A DNA stretch of 64,000 nt from Candidatus Bathyarchaeia archaeon (GTDB lineage: Archaea; Thermoproteota; Bathyarchaeia; 40CM-2-53-6), in NCBI GenBank assembly GCA_049513715.1, contig JBEKVV010000008.1:26447-90446 (forward strand), read 5' to 3'. How positions within the stretch are numbered: position 1 is the first letter of the stretch; every line of letters starts with the position of its first letter. The notes beneath the pieces were generated by a model that searched no databases, was not told where the DNA came from, and saw only the letters and a list, made by a program, of their open reading frames with translations. The translations under genes and the position numbers were made by a program. Positions 58,380-64,000 of the stretch are shown one piece after another.

Positions 58380-58556
58380 TTCTAAAAGTCCTGTACCGAT
58401 TTCGGACATTTCGACCCAATATGGGGCCCGAATCTTCCCGAGTCCGCCACTAAAACCCGAGCGGCGGTGCATTCCCACACCAGCAATTGATACACGTTTT
58501 GTATACACAAAACATATAGCTAAAATGCACCTGAATCCGCGTAGGTAAGAGAAGCT

Positions 58557-59279
58557 GTGGCAATAATCAACCTTAGAGTCCCCGAAGAAATGAAACGAAA
58601 ACTCGCGGACTTCGCAAAGGCAAAGGGCGCAAGCCAAACCGAGATGGTGAAGAGCGCAGTAGCGGAGAAACTCACAGTTCATCAAGTTGCGCGTGCCGAG
58701 TCCAGCACGAAGGTCCCGAGCTGGGTTCCTGAAGGGAAATATGTTGCACTCGTTCGCGGGGCAGTTGCAGCGGTCGGAGACTCGGTTGCAGATGTTGTCT
58801 CTGCTGCGTTAGGCAAATTCCCCGATGAGGCGATTCATGTCGCCCGTCAGGGTAAGTCCATCAAACCAGTTCACTACGCTTTTCTGGCCCAGACGGCGAT
58901 GAAGTGCTGGAAATACGTGACAGTCGACCAGCAATCCTATCCAGTCATCCCCGCCACCATAATTGGCAAGAAGAAGCTGGCCACTGCGTCGTCTCCAGAC
59001 ACCGCAGCCAGTCTGACCCTGGTGAGCTCACAGATCGTCGATGAAGCAGGCCTGCAACCAGCCGCCGAGGAAACAGTCGCGACTGCTGCGGGTGTGGTCA
59101 AAATGAGTACTTTCAATGCCTCAATAGAACTCCCGGTAGGTCGCTACGATGCAATTGTGGCTTCATCCGAGATCCCCAAGGCGCTGCCTTTCCAAATCCT
59201 ACTGGGTAGGAATATCTTGGACCAAGTCGACCTCTACACACTGGGGAAAAGCAAGGTAATCTGCGTCAGAGACCCGTAG
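58557..59279 (+). CDS. RHH + DUF5678-like + retropepsin-like aspartyl protease fusion
   Basis: IINLRVPEEMK; EGKYVALVRGAVAAVG; PDTAAS...ILLGRNIL. Confidence 0.75.
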   Translation: MAIINLRVPEEMKRKLADFAKAKGASQTEMVKSAVAEKLTVHQVARAESSTKVPSWVPEGKYVALVRGAVAAVGDSVADVVSAALGKFPDEAIHVARQGKSIKPVHYAFLAQTAMKCWKYVTVDQQSYPVIPATIIGKKKLATASSPDTAASLTLVSSQIVDEAGLQPAAEETVATAAGVVKMSTFNASIELPVGRYDAIVASSEIPKALPFQILLGRNILDQVDLYTLGKSKVICVRDP

Positions 59280-59500
59280 GCCGCATCTTCTCAGATGGCA
59301 TGATTCACCTAACGAACTCGTGGTGCGTCTGCACATTTGTACATCCAAGCATCCAGGCGTTGAATGCTCAAGCATTCACAGAACAAAATTACCCCCCCAC
59401 TCTAAGGTCCAGTAAATTAGTGCTGCTTCACTGCTTGAACTGAAACAGAAAAGTCGGAAGATGCCCCGGTTTCACAATTCCTCGCGTAATGCCCGGTTGC

Positions 59501-59698
59501 TTACGCTGGGATTGTCTTGATCTGCTTGCTCTTCCAGTCGAATATTTCTTTGAGGCGGTCGAAGTCCGTAACGGCAAGCTCCGGATGAAAATCCAATAAT
59601 TCCGACACGATGGAATAGGCATGGCTGCAGTCGCCGCATAGTATATCATCTCTCCGTGGAGGGGCTTTGCGGCAAACTTCACACAATGGCGGTGCCAA
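59501..59698 (-). CDS. Small zinc-binding protein
   Basis: CEVC...LCGDC. Confidence 0.6.
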   Translation of the reverse strand: MAPPLCEVCRKAPPRRDDILCGDCSHAYSIVSELLDFHPELAVTDFDRLKEIFDWKSKQIKTIPA

Positions 59699-59887
59699 AC
59701 CGGGTCAAAAGATCGTAGCTACGCCTCAGCAAATAACGTTTTGGGCAGCCGTCATGTCGGCCGGCTCTTGCCCACTGGATCTCACATCGGCAAGATAGGT
59801 TCTAAGTCACCAATCCCAGCCTACAGGTGTAACACTCGGCTTACGTGCCAAACCGAAAGAACACTACCCATTGGAGGCTCGGCGCTG

Positions 59888-60370
59888 ATGTCCCTTGAAG
59901 ATGTGTGGGCGGCTCTTCCAACCCACGAATGGGTTTCATGTGAGGCACTAAGGGAAAGTTCAGGTTTAGATAAGGAAAGCCTCAGCCGCGTCATCAAATT
60001 CCTCGTAAAATACGAGTTCGTCGACGCCCGAAACAACTCAGGGCTCTACGTGAAACGAAAAAACGGTAAACCCTCCCCAATGGTCACCATCAACTTACTC
60101 CGCTCACTAGCAAGCAACAGCCCCGTCCAGGAATCGGCCATGAGGCCAGGAATAATCGCAGAACGCGTCGCCTGCAAAACCTGCGGCTCCAGATACATCA
60201 AACCCATCGACAAAAACCAAGTCGAGTGCTCCAACTGCCACGAACACCAATGGCACTTCATTCAACACTGCGGCACAACCCCACTGGCGTGCGAAGGCCA
60301 CTCTAAAGCCCGTACCCGTTCGATCCCACTTTTCTTACGGAAGTTGACATCCGGTCGGCTACACGTGTAA
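59888..60370 (+). CDS. wHTH + zinc ribbon protein
   Basis: FLVKYEF wHTH paralogous to 25222..25542; CKTCG...CSNC. Confidence 0.7.
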   Translation: MSLEDVWAALPTHEWVSCEALRESSGLDKESLSRVIKFLVKYEFVDARNNSGLYVKRKNGKPSPMVTINLLRSLASNSPVQESAMRPGIIAERVACKTCGSRYIKPIDKNQVECSNCHEHQWHFIQHCGTTPLACEGHSKARTRSIPLFLRKLTSGRLHV

Positions 60371-60831
60371 TCACAGCCTATCCTCTAGCAGAATTCGTCA
60401 TGTGGTGTGGGAGTTCTTGAAGGAAATTTTCGCGGTCAGGAAATGAATTATCGATATCGGAAATTCTTAGTCAAGGGTAACCGTCATCCTCTCTTGGGTG
60501 TGTTCCACCCCTTGCTAGTCAGGGCGGCGGACCCTAAGGTGGGCTCACCCATGATGGGGTCAAAAGTTTGGGGACATGAGCGGGCGGAGGCTTGTGGAGG
60601 TAGGAGATTTGTTGGTCGTTTCTTGGAAGAGTCTTGCTTTTCGTTTGAGGGTGAGTTCGATCCCAATTCAAGGAAGGGCGTCTTCTGGCGTGAGGATTGC
60701 TTGTTTGGGCGCAGCCGACTGTTTGGCCACGGTTGCCTTCTTGCCGGTTGAGGAAGGGAAGCGGACTGATTCAAAAAAGAAAATAATCGGGAAAAAACGT
60801 AGAAAAACGTCTATCGGCTACTTTTAGGCAC

Positions 60832-60870
60832 TTATTTCTTCACTTTCTTCTTTTTGTGGGCTTTTGGCAC
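60832..60870 (-). CDS. Candidate 12-aa lysine-rich micropeptide MPKAHKKKKVKK
   Basis: GAGGTGA Shine-Dalgarno 8 nt upstream, TATA TTTTAAGC at 60936-60943, U-rich tract downstream. Confidence 0.55.
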   Translation of the reverse strand: MPKAHKKKKVKK

Positions 60871-61013
60871 TCTGCGTGTCACCTCAAAGCGTTTGGAGCT
60901 AGCTAGCCTTAATTCTCAACGTATCTGCGGTTTATGCTTAAAACATAATCGATTTCCCCAACCGTTGGACCTAGTCAATATTAGGCGCGCGAAGAAGAAT
61001 GCGGCGTTCAACA

Positions 61014-61613
61014 ATGTTAGCATCAAACATCGATTTCAATCCGGACTTCGACGAGTCCGACCTTGATGAGCGAGAACGAGAGGTTTTGCGTTTCCTATCC
61101 AGTGAACAGAACGGATACTTTTCCTTCCAAGGCCTAAGGCGGAGACTGGGCTTTCATCAGGAAACCTTGACTCGAACTCTCAGACGCCTTGAAGAAGCGC
61201 AAGCGATTGAAAGAACTAACGAGGGTTACAAGGCGAAGAATCATGGTAATGCGTATTCTTTCACTGTGCGAACCAACCAACACTACGCCAAACCAGTAAT
61301 CGACGCATACCTCCCTGCCCAGATCGACGTCACAATCCTGTTCCAGAAGCTGCGGGGGCGGTGGTTCAGCAATTTCCGTTGGTTGGGATACTCACACGAC
61401 GGAACCCAGCTATCAATGAGTTGGATTAGCGAGGATGGACAAATGCAGCTCCAAGCACGCATTGGCGGTGGCAAAATAGCGATAACGGCTGATGCGTTCG
61501 CAAAGCTTGATGAGTCGCGGCAGATTTCGGCGGCATACCAACTCTTCGAGCACATTAGCAAAGTTGCAGAGGAAATGGTTCAGCAGGGGCCGCAAGCACC
61601 TCTGGCGAACTGA
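61014..61613 (+). CDS. wHTH-domain protein
   Basis: FSFQGLRRRLGFHQETLTRTLRRL; LRGRWF. Confidence 0.75.
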   Translation: MLASNIDFNPDFDESDLDEREREVLRFLSSEQNGYFSFQGLRRRLGFHQETLTRTLRRLEEAQAIERTNEGYKAKNHGNAYSFTVRTNQHYAKPVIDAYLPAQIDVTILFQKLRGRWFSNFRWLGYSHDGTQLSMSWISEDGQMQLQARIGGGKIAITADAFAKLDESRQISAAYQLFEHISKVAEEMVQQGPQAPLAN

Positions 61614-61804
61614 CCTGTGACTGGCCTACAGGTTCACTAGTCAATATCGGTCTGAAAGCTCCTTAGCTGTCATTAGAGAGAATTTGAAATTAATGATCAC
61701 TGCCTGTTCACGCGTTGCCGCGTCGTGGAGACCCATAGACCGAGAACCTCAACCCTTGGAAAGGCGACCCGGGGAAGGCTTACCGTAGAGATTACGTTAC
61801 TGCC

Positions 61805-62071
61805 TTAATTTTCGTCGCCACACATTAGAACTTCAAGTTCATTCATCTTTATCCTGTACAATCGCTCGCCGCGCTTCAAATGCTCGCTGACTATGCGGTC
61901 GATTTCCGGACTAGATATTTGTCCCGTGTCGAGGGTGGGTTCGATTATCTTCGGCTTGTTTTTGGCTTCTGGAGGAAAGTCACATTCATGAGAAACACCA
62001 ACCAATGCGTCACCTAGGCCGAGTGCGTAGACTATCTCGGTTGCACTCGGCAGTAGGGATACGATTCGCAT
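61805..62071 (-). pseudogene. Truncated cobalamin/iron ABC substrate-binding protein (BtuF-like)
   Basis: [32 protein letters not shown]; ends at 88 aa. Confidence 0.8.
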
Positions 62072-62126
62072 GGACGTTACCCCCTATGATATTTCGTAAT
62101 GCAATAAATATACAGCATTCGTCGAT

Positions 62127-62321
62127 TTGAAGGTGAGTGCTTTGACACGGGAACTACGCTGTGAAATCTGCGGTACCAATTTTGAGTGTGCTATGGGTAG
62201 CCCAGACTGCTGGTGTTTGAATATGGTTCTAGTGCAAAGCGGCTTGAGCGAACTGCGAAACAGCGCAAAAGACTGTGTCTGCCCTGAATGCTTAACAAAA
62301 TACGCTATTCGAAAAGGATGA
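62127..62321 (+). CDS. Cysteine-rich CWC family protein
   Basis: CEICG..FEC....CWC...DCVCPECL. Confidence 0.8.
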   Translation: MKVSALTRELRCEICGTNFECAMGSPDCWCLNMVLVQSGLSELRNSAKDCVCPECLTKYAIRKG

Positions 62322-62384
62322 AATCCAAGAAGCTTTCAGTTACGCCCGGAGTCTAGGCCGCGAATTCCATCCAGTCTCTTAGAT

Positions 62385-63116
62385 GTGAAGCGATTGGACG
62401 AGAGGTCCGACAATGGAGTAAGGGATTCTTCGCAGCACATCGCCAACCATTTTGGGGGGAAAATGTTCTCTCATGGAATTTCCGTCAGGGCGGAGGCAGT
62501 TCCTTCGCGTTTTTCCGAGCAAGCGTACTTTTCAGTCTACTTGGGCAAGGGTCCTGATTCTTGGTCCACCAACCCCGTCTTTTCAGGCCTTTTCAGTGCA
62601 GGACGAAGGAGCCAGCACATTGCGGGTTGGGTGGACGGTGATTATTTCGACCTCACACATTTCCCGTACGGTTCCAGTTTTTCACTGACCGAGACCGGCA
62701 CAGACTTGGAGCTCTTCGGGCTTCTGGGCCAACTCGTGCCGATTGGCGGTTCCCTTATGGTTGCATACTCGCTTTTCTCCAAAGAAGCGAAGGTCCACCG
62801 AGATACGAAACTCGGCCTTGACCGCGGATATCCACCCGTAGTTACTCCTTTGGGGTACTTGCTGTTCGTGGCCGGCTGTGGGGTTGCATTCAAGGATTGG
62901 TATTTCGCCGAAGGCGGCCGAGAGGGACCGGAGAAATTGCAGGGCCACAAGGCAATGAACGCGGAAGAGGAAAAGCAAAAGCTCGCAACTATGAGCAGGG
63001 AACTACAGGCTTTCCTGAGTCAAACGATTGACCAAGATGACCTATTACAAGACTGTAAGGCACGTGCGAGGCGGGTCGTTCAGGAGATTGAACGGCGCCT
63101 TTCTAAGAGTACGTGA
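62385..63116 (+). CDS. DUF1122 family protein
   Basis: GYPPVVTPLG, FKDWYFAEGGREGPEKLQG. Confidence 0.85.
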   Translation: MKRLDERSDNGVRDSSQHIANHFGGKMFSHGISVRAEAVPSRFSEQAYFSVYLGKGPDSWSTNPVFSGLFSAGRRSQHIAGWVDGDYFDLTHFPYGSSFSLTETGTDLELFGLLGQLVPIGGSLMVAYSLFSKEAKVHRDTKLGLDRGYPPVVTPLGYLLFVAGCGVAFKDWYFAEGGREGPEKLQGHKAMNAEEEKQKLATMSRELQAFLSQTIDQDDLLQDCKARARRVVQEIERRLSKST

Positions 63117-63681
63117 TACTGACATCATCCACGAAAACGTTCGCTGGAGAGGTAAAGATCTTGATGAAGCATCGCATGGAGTCGTCGCGGCAAACCTCAA
63201 AACTATCATAGATAACATCGGAGTGGCCGTAGAACCTCAGCGTGAGCGGTTGATTGGAATGCTGGCTGTCGATGTCGAAGGTGATTTGGTGCCACTTGAA
63301 ATCGATCTTTCCGTTCCATTGAGCTAGGATTGTGGCATCAGGCCCTAGCAGTGTTGCAGCGAGGGTGGCTGTGCCAAGGTCGCCTGGTTCTCCCATATAC
63401 CAGAAAGATAGTGTACCCGAGCTTCCAGCTGGCAGTGTGAGATCTTGTGAGATCTGCCCCGCGTCAAATCTTGACCCTAGCTGGAGCGAGAATTTGCCTG
63501 AATGCGAAATATAGTGGACCACCACTGCACTGCCGACCTGAGTCCATCCGGACAAGTTACCGGTTTCGAAACCCCCATTCGTGACCGCCTCATTAGACGC
63601 GTGCACAACTACCGTTCCAGAAGTGAATGCAACTAACAGCAGTAACGCGACTGCAATTGAGCTTCGGTCTTTCATGGTCAA
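63103..63681 (-). CDS. Secreted CBM-like protein
   Basis: Signal peptide, VTNGGFETG.LSGW, LSFWY, FVDDVSI. Confidence 0.78.
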   Translation of the reverse strand: MTMKDRSSIAVALLLLVAFTSGTVVVHASNEAVTNGGFETGNLSGWTQVGSAVVVHYISHSGKFSLQLGSRFDAGQISQDLTLPAGSSGTLSFWYMGEPGDLGTATLAATLLGPDATILAQWNGKIDFKWHQITFDIDSQHSNQPLTLRFYGHSDVIYDSFEVCRDDSMRCFIKIFTSPANVFVDDVSITYS

Positions 63682-64000
63682 AGCATGCGCGTCGTTGCCG
63701 AGTAAAAAAGGTGCACCTTGAGAGTTGGCTTGGAAGTGGAATTGTGGGGCTCCTCCTCTTTCGTCTGGGTGGTCGAGAGAACCGTGAGCCTCAGCGCTAA
63801 GACTTTGATGAACTCCTTAAGATTTCTAAGCATGAAAATTCCTGTCTGTTCGAACGCAAACTTGGGTTCTGTCAACTTGTCGGCTCACGTTAACTCGCCG
63901 ATTTGGTTAACTCGTCTGCATCGACTTTCAAGGTTCCCCTACGCTGGGGTTCTTGTACCATTGCTTCACTTGCAGACGCGAATGGCGCGAACCTCACGCC

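Noticed and set aside
57846..58685. 279-aa minus-strand ORF
   Set aside because: Overlaps well-supported vapB and RHH genes on the opposite strand

Overview
Archaeal chromosomal window. PGF/PEF-CTERM surface proteins, HTH_45-type wHTH regulators, DUF1616 and TATA-box promoters suggest a Bathyarchaeia/TACK-type organism (inference). (1) About 1-37.5 kb is a cell-envelope/glycosylation locus. It holds PGF-CTERM secreted proteins with DNA-level shared signal and sorting cassettes, a bacterial-type SGNH/NodU carbamoyltransferase/SxtJ-like cassette, beta-helix proteins, GT4/GT2 glycosyltransferases, a WbpA/B/E/D-like nucleotide-sugar pathway in which some enzymes carry wHTH or membrane-domain fusions, a split DUF1616 module, wHTH regulators, a 1397-aa PEF-CTERM S-layer-like protein and a flippase. 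(2) About 37.5-59.3 kb is a dense toxin-antitoxin/mobile island with VapBC, RelBE, HicAB, DUF4258 and AbiE modules, many decayed. It also contains three IS200/IS605 tnpB remnants with retained right ends, an IS481-like stub, and a plasmid/virus-like replicon remnant (GP88-like, DNA MTase, P-loop ATPase, ParB-like, five phased 18-bp repeats). (3) About 59.5-64 kb holds small regulators, a candidate 12-aa lysine-rich micro-ORF, a BtuF-like pseudogene, a DUF1122 protein and a secreted protein. No rRNA, tRNA, CRISPR array, integrase or archaeosortase was recognised. All family assignments are by eye from motifs, without database searches.
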